From positions 1-64,000 of the forward strand of contig JAFWDK010000015.1 in the NCBI GenBank assembly GCA_017513085.1: a stretch of 64,000 nt of DNA. The letters run 5' to 3'. The notes beneath the pieces were generated by a model, which had not been told where the DNA came from, searched no databases, and saw only the letters and a program-made list of their open reading frames with translations. Made by a program: the position numbers and the translations under genes. Below are positions 38,495-48,247 of the stretch, piece after piece. Each line of letters starts with the position of its first letter. Position 1 is the first letter of the stretch. The stretch comes from Clostridiales bacterium (GTDB lineage Bacteria > Bacillota > Clostridia > Saccharofermentanales > Saccharofermentanaceae).

Positions 38495-39706
38495 TTATAC
38501 GAGACGTGTTCCGCAGAATCCGCAGCATCCGTCAGGTCCGATCGCTGTTGTTGCCTGACATGCCGGGCAAGTTACCTGCTGGCCGACTGCTGCGCCCATA
38601 CCTTGCTGCGCAAACTGTTGCGGCTGACCGAACTGCTGCTGCGGCATACCCTGCTGAGCAAACTGCTGTGGCTGACCGAACTGCTGCTGCGGCATACCCT
38701 GCTGAGCAAACTGTTGCGGCTGACCATACTGTTGCTGTGGCATTCCATAGCCTTGCTGCATCGGCATTCCCTGCTGCATCGGCATACCCGGCTGAGCGAA
38801 CTGCTGCGGCTGGCCAAACTGTTGCGGCTGACCAAACTGCTGCTGCGGCATTCCGTAGCCCTGCTGCATCGGCATACCGGCCATAGCTCCCACCATGCCA
38901 ATACCCATACCGGCGGCGCCAAGACCATTCTGCTGAGCCGCTGCCATTGCCTGCTGCTGAGCCTGCTGCAATGCCATAGCCACGCTATTGGGATCATTAG
39001 GGTTAAACGGCATATTGCCGGCAGGAGCCGGAGCCGCACCACGCATCATGTCGATCGCGGCCTTGATCTCGTTACCCATATTCATGCACTCGTAGTACTT
39101 ATCGATGTTGTTATTATGCAGGCCGATACCGGAGTGGGATACGGTCCATCCGCCGTTTCCGCCCATCACGCCCATCGGCTGCTCACCGGTCTTGATGTAA
39201 CCATTCGACAGAGAGAATGTCATCTCGTCAAAATACTGGTGGCTGACACGGATCGTGCAGTGGAAATCGTAGGAATATTCATAACGCGGAGGATTGTAGC
39301 TTACGGACTTTCCTGTGCTGTCCGTACGACGGATCTCGTTTCTGCTCTCCTTTACGTCCAGGTCGCATCCCAAAGCCTGGGAATAATCCAGAACGTCCGG
39401 ATTGGCAGCATGGATATCGCTTGCACTGGTTACCATGAATTTTCTGGCATTCTCATCGATGATAAGTTTTGTATTGCGGCCGATCGTCTTGGTAGCGTTA
39501 AAAGCAGCGACCGCTGACTTGTTTTGCTCACGATACTGAAGCTGTGCATCAATATCTGCCTTCGTGCTGTGACGGCGCTCGCTAAACCAAGGAGAAAGCT
39601 TCGATGCGCACTCTTTACACATGTTCGCATCCTCAAGTTTTTTGTTGCCCAAAAGTCCGATCTTGTTTCCGCAAAAATCGCAGAATTTCTTATCAAAAAG
39701 TCCCAT
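38495..39706 (-). CDS. DUF4428-type protein with N- and C-terminal zinc ribbons and a Gln/Gly/Pro/Met-rich repeat region
   Basis: MGLFDKKFCDFCGNKIGLLGNKKLEDANMCKECASKLSPWF; SYNPPRYEYSYDF; C-terminal CPAC...CGFC. Confidence 0.85.
   Translation of the reverse strand: MGLFDKKFCDFCGNKIGLLGNKKLEDANMCKECASKLSPWFSERRHSTKADIDAQLQYREQNKSAVAAFNATKTIGRNTKLIIDENARKFMVTSASDIHAANPDVLDYSQALGCDLDVKESRNEIRRTDSTGKSVSYNPPRYEYSYDFHCTIRVSHQYFDEMTFSLSNGYIKTGEQPMGVMGGNGGWTVSHSGIGLHNNNIDKYYECMNMGNEIKAAIDMMRGAAPAPAGNMPFNPNDPNSVAMALQQAQQQAMAAAQQNGLGAAGMGIGMVGAMAGMPMQQGYGMPQQQFGQPQQFGQPQQFAQPGMPMQQGMPMQQGYGMPQQQYGQPQQFAQQGMPQQQFGQPQQFAQQGMPQQQFGQPQQFAQQGMGAAVGQQVTCPACQATTAIGPDGCCGFCGTRLV
38590..38885 (-). repeat. Coding tandem repeats (QQFGQP / QQFAQQGMP), including 48-bp units
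   Basis: Direct repeats such as GCTGAGCAAACTG at 38653 and 38701. Confidence 0.9.
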
Positions 39707-39772
39707 ACAAAACCTCCCAAACAAAAATTTATATCAACAATACTTTACCATTTTTACGCTCTGTCTTCAAGG

Positions 39773-39847
39773 AAAAAGAGCGCCGCGGAAGTGCTTTTGC
39801 ATGCGTCTAATTCCGCTTTGCGAGCACTTGTGCCACGGCGTATTTTT
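39773..39847. terminator. Long imperfect hairpin flanked by A- and T-runs downstream of the DUF2130 gene
   Basis: CGCCGCGG-AAGTGCT ... AGCACTT-GTG-CCACGGCG. Confidence 0.55.
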
Positions 39848-39875
39848 CTTGTCTTGGTTGAGACTTTGGAAGAAA

Positions 39876-41213
39876 CTACTCTTGCTTTGCATCCTTCAGG
39901 GCGTCAAGCTTCGCCTGCATGGTGGGATTGCCCTTCGTCAGTTTCTTGATCGTGACATCGTCCACCTTCTTGTTAGCCAGATATAACTGCTTGTCCGAAC
40001 CGGTAAGTTCTTTCTTGACCTTCTGCAGATGGTCGATCGTCTTGTCGATCTCCTCGATTGCCTTATCAAAGTGGGCATGTGCCAGATCGTAGTTTCGGCT
40101 GAAGTCGTTTTTGAATTGCATGAGCGAATCTTCGAAGTTCGTGATATCGATGTTCTGGTTTCTCGCCACCGCCAGCTCCTGCTTGTAGGTCAGTGCATTG
40201 AGGGCGGCATTACGAAGGATCGTGATGATCGGGATAAAGCACTGCGGTCGGACGACATACATTTTTTCGTACTTATAGGAAACATCCACGATTCCGCTGT
40301 TATAAAGCTCGTTGTCGCTCTCGAGAAGTGATACCAGCACGGCGTACTCACAGTCCTTCTCCCGTCTGTCCTTGTCCAGTTCTTTGAAAAAGTCCTCGTT
40401 CTTATGCTTGGTAGCCGTCGTATCCATCTCGTTTTTCATCTCAAACATGATCGAGATGATCTCGACACCGTTCTCGTCATTCTCGCGGTAAATGAAATCG
40501 CCCTTGCTTCCGGTCTTGGCATCGTTGTCTTTCTCGAAATATGCATTCCGGAACGCCGTCGCGCGCAGCTGGTTGAACTGGATCTCGCAGTGCTGCTCGA
40601 GGGATTCACCCACCATCTTTGTGGACATTTTTGTCTTCATCTCTTTATAGAAAGCGATCTCCTCATCCTTCTGCGTAAGAAGCGCCTTGCCAAGTTCTTT
40701 TTCCTTCGCAAGAGCATTCTCCAGATCACGCTTCTCCTGCGCGGTCGTGTTCTCGAGTTCATGCTTTTCTTTGGCAAACTTGATCTCCAGGTCGCTCTTT
40801 TCGAGAGTCAGCTTTTTCTCGATCTCGCTTTTTTCCAGCGTGAGTTTCTTCTCGAGTGCGCTCTTTTCTTCCTCGACCTTTTTCACTGCTTCGAGTACTT
40901 CGATACGCGTTCTGTCTTCGCTTGCATCGATCCGGCTCTGCAGATCTTTTGCCTTATCTTCGGCCGCACGAAGCTGATCCTTCAAGTCCTGTATCTCCTT
41001 CTCGTGGGCATCTTTGACAGACAGACGGATCTCATTCTCCTTTGATTCCATCTCCAGCTCGTGCTTCTCGGTCAGATGCTTCTGCAGATCATTGACTCTC
41101 TCAGTAAGGTCCTTCTCAAACTCCTTGTCCCGGATCTGCTGCACGATCGAACTTAATTCCGTATCATCTACTGTAAATGCTTGTCCACAATGCGGGCACT
41201 TCAACTCTGCCAT
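39876..41213 (-). CDS. DUF2130 domain coiled-coil protein
   Basis: CPHCG knuckle, long coiled coil, STKMVGESLEQHC, KGDFIYR, IMFEMKNE and YVVRPQ motifs. Confidence 0.88.
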   Translation of the reverse strand: MAELKCPHCGQAFTVDDTELSSIVQQIRDKEFEKDLTERVNDLQKHLTEKHELEMESKENEIRLSVKDAHEKEIQDLKDQLRAAEDKAKDLQSRIDASEDRTRIEVLEAVKKVEEEKSALEKKLTLEKSEIEKKLTLEKSDLEIKFAKEKHELENTTAQEKRDLENALAKEKELGKALLTQKDEEIAFYKEMKTKMSTKMVGESLEQHCEIQFNQLRATAFRNAYFEKDNDAKTGSKGDFIYRENDENGVEIISIMFEMKNEMDTTATKHKNEDFFKELDKDRREKDCEYAVLVSLLESDNELYNSGIVDVSYKYEKMYVVRPQCFIPIITILRNAALNALTYKQELAVARNQNIDITNFEDSLMQFKNDFSRNYDLAHAHFDKAIEEIDKTIDHLQKVKKELTGSDKQLYLANKKVDDVTIKKLTKGNPTMQAKLDALKDAKQE

Positions 41214-41305
41214 AAACGGTTCCTCCTTATGAAATAGTATCGGGTCTGATCTTGAGCTGAGTATACAAGATCCCCTCCGGAAAGAGGTCTCCCGCCGGGA
41301 GACGT

Positions 41306-42679
41306 TTATTTCTTCTCAGGGTCGGCTTTCTCTTCAGAGGATTTTACTTCCTTCGGCGCTTCCTTGGCCATCTTCGGGAACTCCAGCGTGATCTTCGTAC
41401 CTTCGCCAAGTTCACTCTCGAGGCTTACCTCGGCGTTATGGAACTGGGCACCATGCTTCACGATAGAAAGGCCGAGACCTGTACCGCCGATTTCTTTCGA
41501 GTGGCTCTTGTCCACGCGGTAAAAGCGCTCGAACACGCGTTTCTGATGTGTTTTCGGGATACCGATACCGGTGTCCGATACGGAAAGGATCACTTTATCG
41601 TCAGTGGAATGAACATCGACTTCGACTTTTCCGCCCGGCCGGTTATACTTGATCGCATTGTCACAGAGGTTATAGACCATCTCGGAAAGGAGCTGGTACA
41701 CACCGGACACCTCTTCATGCGTTCCCTTCATCTCCAGCTGAATATTTGTCTTAGAGGCTGTCGGTTTCAGACTGTCCAGAACTTCCGCGGAAAGCTCATA
41801 TAGATCGACATTCTCTCGATCTGGTCCGATGCCCTCCTCGTCCAGTTTCGAAAGCTTGATGATGTCTTCGATCAGCATCATGAGACGCTGGGATTCTTTA
41901 TAGATATCCGATGAAAATTCCTGCACTTTCTCCGGCGGAACAACACCCTTGGCCATCAGTTCGGCAAACCCGGAGATCGATGTCAGTGGGGTCTTCAACT
42001 CGTGCGAAACATTCGCGGAGAACTCCCGGCGAAGTGCTTCCCGCTGTGCCACTTCTTCCTGAATGGTCAGTTTCTGCTCACGGATCTTCTGAATAAAAGG
42101 AGAAAGCTCCGGATACGTATTCGTCTCCGGATGGTCGATATCCAGTTCATTGATCGGTCGTACGATCTGCTTTGCTACACGGAAAGAAAGCACTACGGAA
42201 ATCATGAGAACGAGAACCAGTACCCAAAGGACCGGGCTTACTGCATAAAGAGCATAGCGGACAGCGCTGAGCGGACGGCTGAGTCTTAAGATCGTGCCAT
42301 CTTCGCACTTTGTGGCGCAATACATGGTGGTTTCACCACTGCTCTCTGACTTACGGATCGCCTTGCCTTCCCCATCCTGAAGTGCCGACTTGACCTCCGG
42401 ACAATCCTTCTGATTGGGAAACGGCACCCCCGTTTCATTGTCAAAAAGGACGCTTCCGTCTGCACCGATCCAAGTGATCCGGTTGATATCGCCAAGCTTC
42501 GAAAGATACGTCTCACCGCTAAGCATGAGTCCTTTCTCCGCATAAGACACCTCCTGCTGAAGCGCCGCATACGTCTCATCCATTCTCTGCTTATATTGCA
42601 GCCCGAAAAAAAGCGCTCCACAAACGATCAGAACAGACAGACCTACTAAAAATGTGTTTCGAAAAATCGTCTTGATCAT
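41306..42679 (-). CDS. phoR: PhoR-like sensor histidine kinase
   Basis: ANVSHELKTPLTSI, NLCDNAIKYN, FERFYRVDKSHS and GTGLGLSIVKH motifs; divergent from a Na/Pi transporter. Confidence 0.85.
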   Translation of the reverse strand: MIKTIFRNTFLVGLSVLIVCGALFFGLQYKQRMDETYAALQQEVSYAEKGLMLSGETYLSKLGDINRITWIGADGSVLFDNETGVPFPNQKDCPEVKSALQDGEGKAIRKSESSGETTMYCATKCEDGTILRLSRPLSAVRYALYAVSPVLWVLVLVLMISVVLSFRVAKQIVRPINELDIDHPETNTYPELSPFIQKIREQKLTIQEEVAQREALRREFSANVSHELKTPLTSISGFAELMAKGVVPPEKVQEFSSDIYKESQRLMMLIEDIIKLSKLDEEGIGPDRENVDLYELSAEVLDSLKPTASKTNIQLEMKGTHEEVSGVYQLLSEMVYNLCDNAIKYNRPGGKVEVDVHSTDDKVILSVSDTGIGIPKTHQKRVFERFYRVDKSHSKEIGGTGLGLSIVKHGAQFHNAEVSLESELGEGTKITLEFPKMAKEAPKEVKSSEEKADPEKK

Positions 42680-42682
42680 ATA

Positions 42683-43354
42683 TTAATCCTCCACAAAGCG
42701 ATATCCGACTCCTCGCACGGTTTGGATATACATGCCGGCCGGTCCGAGCTTGGCCCGAAGCGTACGAATGTGTACATCCAGAGTACGGTTTTCCCTTTCT
42801 GCTCCCAGTCCCCATATCTTTTCAAGGAGTGTTTCCCGCGACATAACGATGCCACGGTTATCGATCAGAAGGAGAAGTAACATGAATTCTTTATAGGTCA
42901 GCGCGATTTCTTCTTCGTTTACCTTCACTTCGTGCCTGTCCCGGCAAACATACAGTTCGCGCCAACTATATTCGGATGTTTTCGAGCCGGAAGAACGTCG
43001 GCGCAATACTGCACGGACGCGTGCCACCAGTTCCATCATTCCGAAAGGTTTGGAAATATAATCATCTGCACCGGCGTCAAGGCCTTCCACCCGGTCATAT
43101 TCCGTATTTTTCGCAGTTAAGATGATCACGGGGATCTCCTCGGTGGCAAGCTGATTGCGTAAACGCTTTAATATCTCGATTCCACCTTCTCCCGGAAGCA
43201 TGATGTCCAGAAGTATTAATTCCGGTTCCTCTTTTTTCATCGCTTCCCAGAATCTCTCCGGCGTCCCGAATCCTTCCGCTTGAAAACCCTGGCTTTCCAG
43301 TGCATAGATAACCAGTTTGCGTATACTTTCATCGTCTTCAAGCATGTAGATCAC
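42683..43354 (-). CDS. phoP: OmpR/PhoB family response regulator (PhoP-like)
   Basis: EDD, LLDIMLP, GADDYISKPF, RTLDVHIRTLR and TVRGVGY motifs; GTG start after GAGGTG. Confidence 0.85.
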   Translation of the reverse strand: MIYMLEDDESIRKLVIYALESQGFQAEGFGTPERFWEAMKKEEPELILLDIMLPGEGGIEILKRLRNQLATEEIPVIILTAKNTEYDRVEGLDAGADDYISKPFGMMELVARVRAVLRRRSSGSKTSEYSWRELYVCRDRHEVKVNEEEIALTYKEFMLLLLLIDNRGIVMSRETLLEKIWGLGAERENRTLDVHIRTLRAKLGPAGMYIQTVRGVGYRFVED

Positions 43355-43410
43355 AGTTCTCACCTCGTGCTCATCTTAACAAAGAAACGTGAGAAATAAT
43401 AGTCTTTTCG

Positions 43411-43468
43411 TTTACAAATCACGAACAATTAACCTGTATTTAACATAAACCTGATCAAGGATTTAACA
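43411..43468 (+). promoter_or_regulatory. Putative Pho boxes
   Basis: TT(A/T)AC(A/C) hexamers at 43411, 43429, 43440 and 43463; 43429 and 43440 are 11 bp apart, as in Firmicute PhoP boxes. Confidence 0.6.
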
Positions 43469-43504
43469 CAGGGATCATAAAGTAGATATTGGAGGGATAA
43501 AACT

Positions 43505-45256
43505 ATGGGAATTTCTGAAGTTATTAGTCTACTATCCGGTATCGCATTATTTCTATTCGGCATGACCCTTATGGGTGATGGTCTGAAACGGGTCTCCGGC
43601 AATAAGCTGGAACCGATCCTTTTCCGTCTGGCAGGAACACCTATCCGTGCTATGCTTCTCGGTACTTTCGTCACCGCCGTCATTCAATCTTCTTCTGCCA
43701 CGTCCGTCATGGTCGTCGGTTTCGTAAACTCCGGCATGATGAAAATGAAACAAGCGATCCGCGTTATCCTCGGCGCCATTCTCGGCACCAGCATCACCGG
43801 CTGGATCATCTGCTTAAGCTACATTGACAGTGGCTCAGGGATCCAGAGCATCCTTTCCACTTCGACACTGACGGGAGTCATTGCTGTTGTCGGCATTATC
43901 TTCCGTATGTTCTGCAAGAAAAAGATCCACCACCATATCGGTGACATCATGATGGGTTTTGCCGTCCTGATGTTCGGTATGAGTAACATGAGCTCCGCCG
44001 TCTCAAGCCTCGGTACCCAGCCATGGTTTACTTCTCTTCTGACTTCCATGACCCACCCGATCATGGGTATCCTCATCGGACTCGTTTTCTCGGCTCTTCT
44101 GCAATCGGCATCTGCCGCAGTCGGTATCATTCAGGCCCTCTCCCTTACCGGAGCGATCACCCTGGAGTCCGGACTTCCGCTCCTCATGGGTATTGCGATC
44201 GGTGCCTCTGTTCCGGTACTTCTTTCCGCACTTGGCGCGAATGTTAACGGTAGAAAAACCGCGGTCAGCTATCTGGTTGCATCCTTTATGGGCGTTATGG
44301 TCTGCTCGTCACTCTTTTACATCGGCGATGCCATCTTCCATTTCTCTTTCCTGTCCATGACCGTGAATCCTGTTTCGATTGCTTTGGTCAACACGATCCT
44401 TCGATTCTCCATCCTTCTGGTCCTCGCACCTTTTGTCGATGTGCTGGAAGCTGTTGCCAACCTGGTCGTTCCTACCAAGAACGAGCCCAATGACCCGGCC
44501 CTCAAGCTGGAGGAACGTTTCTTGACTCACCCTGCTTTGGCTATTGAACAGAGCAAGGCCACCATTGCCGATATGGCGCGCGATGCAGAAAAGTCAGTCG
44601 AAGCTGCCTCCGGTCTTATCTCGAACTTCAGTGAAGAAGGTTTCACGCATGTTGAAGATCTCGAAAACGCCGGCGACCGCTACGAGGACGCACTCGGCTC
44701 ATATCTCGCCAAATTGACCGGGGTAGAGCTTTCAGAGCGGCAGAATTGTGAAGTATCCAAGTTCCTGCACACACTTTCAGATTTCGAGCGTATCTCCGAC
44801 CATGCAGTCAGCATTGCCAGAAGCGCCCAGGAGATTCATGACAAGAATCTGACTTTTACTGATGATGCGAAAAAAGAACTGGCTGTCCTCATTTCTGCAG
44901 TTCGTGATAATCTGCATAATACCATCACATCCTTCATTAACGAAGATATCTCTATGGCACAGCGCGTCGAACCTCTTGAGGAAGTGATCGACTCACTTTG
45001 CGATGAGATGAAGATGCGCCACGTCGACCGCGTGCAGCAGGGACAGTGCACGATCGAGCATGGTTTTGTATTCAATGACCTCATCACATGTATGGAGCGT
45101 ATCTCCGATCACTGCTCGAACATCGCCGTCGCCCTCATCGAGCTCAGCACCGGTTCTTTTGACACACATATGTATCTCGGAAGGATCAAAGAGAAGCGCT
45201 CACCGGACTTCGAACACTATATCCAGGATTACACTGCCAAGTATTCTTTTGACTGA
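43505..45256 (+). CDS. Na/Pi cotransporter family protein with PhoU-like C-terminal domains
   Basis: QSSSATSVM and QSASAAVG repeats; two ERISDH PhoU-type motifs. Confidence 0.94.
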   Translation: MGISEVISLLSGIALFLFGMTLMGDGLKRVSGNKLEPILFRLAGTPIRAMLLGTFVTAVIQSSSATSVMVVGFVNSGMMKMKQAIRVILGAILGTSITGWIICLSYIDSGSGIQSILSTSTLTGVIAVVGIIFRMFCKKKIHHHIGDIMMGFAVLMFGMSNMSSAVSSLGTQPWFTSLLTSMTHPIMGILIGLVFSALLQSASAAVGIIQALSLTGAITLESGLPLLMGIAIGASVPVLLSALGANVNGRKTAVSYLVASFMGVMVCSSLFYIGDAIFHFSFLSMTVNPVSIALVNTILRFSILLVLAPFVDVLEAVANLVVPTKNEPNDPALKLEERFLTHPALAIEQSKATIADMARDAEKSVEAASGLISNFSEEGFTHVEDLENAGDRYEDALGSYLAKLTGVELSERQNCEVSKFLHTLSDFERISDHAVSIARSAQEIHDKNLTFTDDAKKELAVLISAVRDNLHNTITSFINEDISMAQRVEPLEEVIDSLCDEMKMRHVDRVQQGQCTIEHGFVFNDLITCMERISDHCSNIAVALIELSTGSFDTHMYLGRIKEKRSPDFEHYIQDYTAKYSFD

Positions 45257-45268
45257 TCGATCGACAGA

Positions 45269-46321
45269 TTATGTGAAATCCGGGTGATCGCCACGGCTGT
45301 CCACGACTTCGTACCCGATCTTCGTCATACGTGCACGGAGGCACACATTACATTCTGCCGCTTCCTCGCCGGTACAGATCTTGCCGTCATACAGCAGATA
45401 CTTGCCGCGCACCTGCACCGGAGACAGGTTTGGCATAATGACATTTGCTCCGGCCAGAATGCCTTTCTCGCGTCCAAAAGCATCCGCCGTTCCCAGTGCG
45501 GTCGTGGCCGGAAGCAGCACTTTCGGAAATAGGATCCGCAGCACAGCAAGCAGAGCAATCGTTTCTTCTGCCGAACCATTCGGCTCGTCGCGGAATGGTG
45601 TATCTTTGTGGGCAAGAAACGGACCGATACCGATCATGTGAGGCTGGAGTTCCTGCATGAAGCGGATATCTTCCAGTATATGCTCCGTTGTCTGGTGCGG
45701 CGTGCCGATCATGATGCCGCAACCCACTTGAAAACCGATTTTTTTGAGATCACGCAGGCACTGTTTTCTGTGCGCACCGGAAAGCGATGCCGGATGAAGC
45801 ATCGCATAGTGCTCTTCATTTGCTGTCTCATGGCGGAGAAGATAGCGCTCCGCTCCCGCTTCAAAATAGCGCTGATAGCTCTCATAGGATTTCTCCCCGA
45901 TCGAAAGTGTAACTGCGCATGTCGGGTGCTTCTCCTTAATGGCACGTACCAGTTCACAGATCCGGTCATCGGTATAGTACGGATCTTCACCCCCTTGCAG
46001 GACGAAAGTCCGGAAACCCAGTTCTTCGCCTTTGTCACAGCAGGAAAGGATCTCTTCCCTAGTCAGGCGGTATCGGCTGGCATTCTTGTTGCTCAAACGG
46101 ATCCCGCAGTAATAGCAGTCATTTTTACAGTAGTTGGTAAACTCGATCAAACCACGGAGATAGACCGTCTTTCCGAAAACGGCTTGCGATATCTCTCTTG
46201 CTTTGGAAAAAAGGATCTCCCTTTCTTCCTCGGTTGCCCGGTGTAAGATATAATCCAGCAGTTCTAAAGAAATTTGCCGGGTTTCAGCCATTTCCTCGAT
46301 CTTTTGCGTAAATCCGTCCAT
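45269..46321 (-). CDS. hydE: [FeFe]-hydrogenase maturation radical SAM protein HydE
   Basis: RGLIEFTNYCKNDCYYCGIR, VLQGGED, LLRHET, PATTAL, NVIMPN, YLLYDGK and C-terminal Cx7Cx2C. Confidence 0.9.
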   Translation of the reverse strand: MDGFTQKIEEMAETRQISLELLDYILHRATEEEREILFSKAREISQAVFGKTVYLRGLIEFTNYCKNDCYYCGIRLSNKNASRYRLTREEILSCCDKGEELGFRTFVLQGGEDPYYTDDRICELVRAIKEKHPTCAVTLSIGEKSYESYQRYFEAGAERYLLRHETANEEHYAMLHPASLSGAHRKQCLRDLKKIGFQVGCGIMIGTPHQTTEHILEDIRFMQELQPHMIGIGPFLAHKDTPFRDEPNGSAEETIALLAVLRILFPKVLLPATTALGTADAFGREKGILAGANVIMPNLSPVQVRGKYLLYDGKICTGEEAAECNVCLRARMTKIGYEVVDSRGDHPDFT

Positions 46322-46343
46322 ATTGGTATCTCTCTTTTCCATA

Positions 46344-46889
46344 CTATTCATTCTCGAAATCATACTCCCTGACTTCACAGTTTTTTATGCCGAACTTGGC
46401 ATATTCATCGTTTTCCATCTCATAGAAGTATGAGTGGATCACCCGTGCTATACCATTATGCGCAACCAGGATATAAGTCTTATCCTTCTGTGCTTTTAAC
46501 TCATCGAGAAGATTATATATCCTTTGAGCCAGCTGAAACATAGACTCTCCGCCATCAAAACGATACAGAAATCTTTGCTTCATCTCGAAAAACTCCTGCC
46601 CGTCTCTCGGCGTGGACTCATATTTTCCGAAACATTGCTCGAAAAGGCGCTTGTCCGGCATCGCCGGCACACCGAGGATCTCGGAGATATGCATGGCCGT
46701 ATCTTTGGCACGGGATAAGGGCGAGTACAGGATCATGTCGGCTTTGACATCCATACCAAGAAGATTGTTCGCAGTCTGGATCGCCTGTTCGTGACCCTTC
46801 TCCGTCAAAGGACTATCTGTCGCGCCGCAGATTTTGTTTTCAACGTTCCAGACCGTTTCTCCATGCCTGACAAAATACAGTTTCGACAT
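46344..46889 (-). CDS. Histidine phosphatase family protein
   Basis: RHGETVWN, SPLSRA, GGES and VAHNG motifs. Confidence 0.92.
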   Translation of the reverse strand: MSKLYFVRHGETVWNVENKICGATDSPLTEKGHEQAIQTANNLLGMDVKADMILYSPLSRAKDTAMHISEILGVPAMPDKRLFEQCFGKYESTPRDGQEFFEMKQRFLYRFDGGESMFQLAQRIYNLLDELKAQKDKTYILVAHNGIARVIHSYFYEMENDEYAKFGIKNCEVREYDFENE

Positions 46890-47039
46890 TTCTTCTCCTT
46901 TTCGCTATCTTCGGGATATATAAAGGAAGACAGCATTCTTTAAGATTATATCACGTGCCCGCCGTTTCGCCTCTACTGTCAAAGAATCGGGAGTTTATTT
47001 CTTTGCCGAAAGGTCATATAATAGTATAGTTAAACGCAA

Positions 47040-48224
47040 ATGATGGGAGAAAAAGAATTGAATCGATTCAAAAACGCACTCGGGCGCCGTTGGGGAGCCT
47101 ATTCCGTAGCTGCCGTAACCGGCGTAGTCGCCTACCTGGTTTTGACGAATATGCCTGTAGTTCTTGCATGGTTATCCCACGTCGTACAACTGATGTCACC
47201 GATCATCATCGGCATCATTATCGCTTATCTTATCGATCTTATCGTCGTTTTTTTCGAAAACAAAATATTCAAGAAGGTTAAGAAGCCGAAGACCCGCTAT
47301 ATCCTGTCCGTCACCGTCTCGATCCTTCTTGTTCTGATCTTTATCGGGTTCTTCTTCTGGCTGGTTTTACCGGAGATCGTGCAAAGTATCACGCATTTCA
47401 TATCCAATGCACAGAATTATTCATCTCTGCTGGATGAGAATCTCGCAAAACTCGATAAATTCGCTGCCCAATACGATATCCAACTGAATGCCACCAAGTG
47501 GACTTCGAACATTCACGCATGGACGGATACCATGATCGCCGATTTCACCACGAATCTCTCTCGCGCCATGAATACTGTCTTAAGTGTGGGCTCTATGCTG
47601 GTCAATGTTTTCGTCGGCATCATTCTCGCGGTTTATTTTCTGGCCGGAAAGAAGAAGCTCTATGCAGGCATCCGCCGATTCCGCCATGCCCTTCTTACCG
47701 ATGAACAATATGAGAAGCACACCGCCTTTCTTAAGCGAAGCAGTGCAATCTTTGCCAAATACATCAGTTATACGATCCTTGAAGCGATCGGAGTAGGCAT
47801 CGTTAATGCTATTTTCATGCTGATAGCAGGTCTTCCGAACGTGACTCTCATCTCCGTCCTTGTTGCGGTAACTAATATCTTACCGACATTCGGACCGATC
47901 ATCGGAGGTGCTTTGGGTGCATTTATCCTATTGCTCGAAGACCCGATGTATGCCTTGATCTTCATCATCTTCACTTTGATCCTGCAGACGATCGACGGAT
48001 ACATCGTCAAGCCACACCTTTTCGGTGACTCGCTTGGCATGCCGTCTTTCGTTTCTTTGATTTCTATTATCCTCGGGGGCAAGCTATTCGGACCAATTGG
48101 TATCCTTATCTCGATTCCTTTTGCCGCTGTCTGCGCGATCCTTTATCGTGAAAGTTTTCTGCCCTGGCTCAACAAGCGCAAACAGATGCGTACTCCCGCG
48201 CCTGCGCAGAAGAAAGACAAGTAA
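47040..48224 (+). CDS. AI-2E (PerM) family transporter
   Basis: Multi-TM; TNILPTFGPIIG, LQTIDGYIVKPHLFG and GGKLFGPIG motifs. Confidence 0.92.
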   Translation: MMGEKELNRFKNALGRRWGAYSVAAVTGVVAYLVLTNMPVVLAWLSHVVQLMSPIIIGIIIAYLIDLIVVFFENKIFKKVKKPKTRYILSVTVSILLVLIFIGFFFWLVLPEIVQSITHFISNAQNYSSLLDENLAKLDKFAAQYDIQLNATKWTSNIHAWTDTMIADFTTNLSRAMNTVLSVGSMLVNVFVGIILAVYFLAGKKKLYAGIRRFRHALLTDEQYEKHTAFLKRSSAIFAKYISYTILEAIGVGIVNAIFMLIAGLPNVTLISVLVAVTNILPTFGPIIGGALGAFILLLEDPMYALIFIIFTLILQTIDGYIVKPHLFGDSLGMPSFVSLISIILGGKLFGPIGILISIPFAAVCAILYRESFLPWLNKRKQMRTPAPAQKKDK

Positions 48225-48247
48225 GCAGAAGCGTTATCGCTTTCCGC

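Noticed and set aside
38468-39517. Leu/His/Arg-rich and Ala-rich repeat ORFs on the plus strand
   Set aside because: Alternative readings of the Gln-rich repeat in DUF4428.
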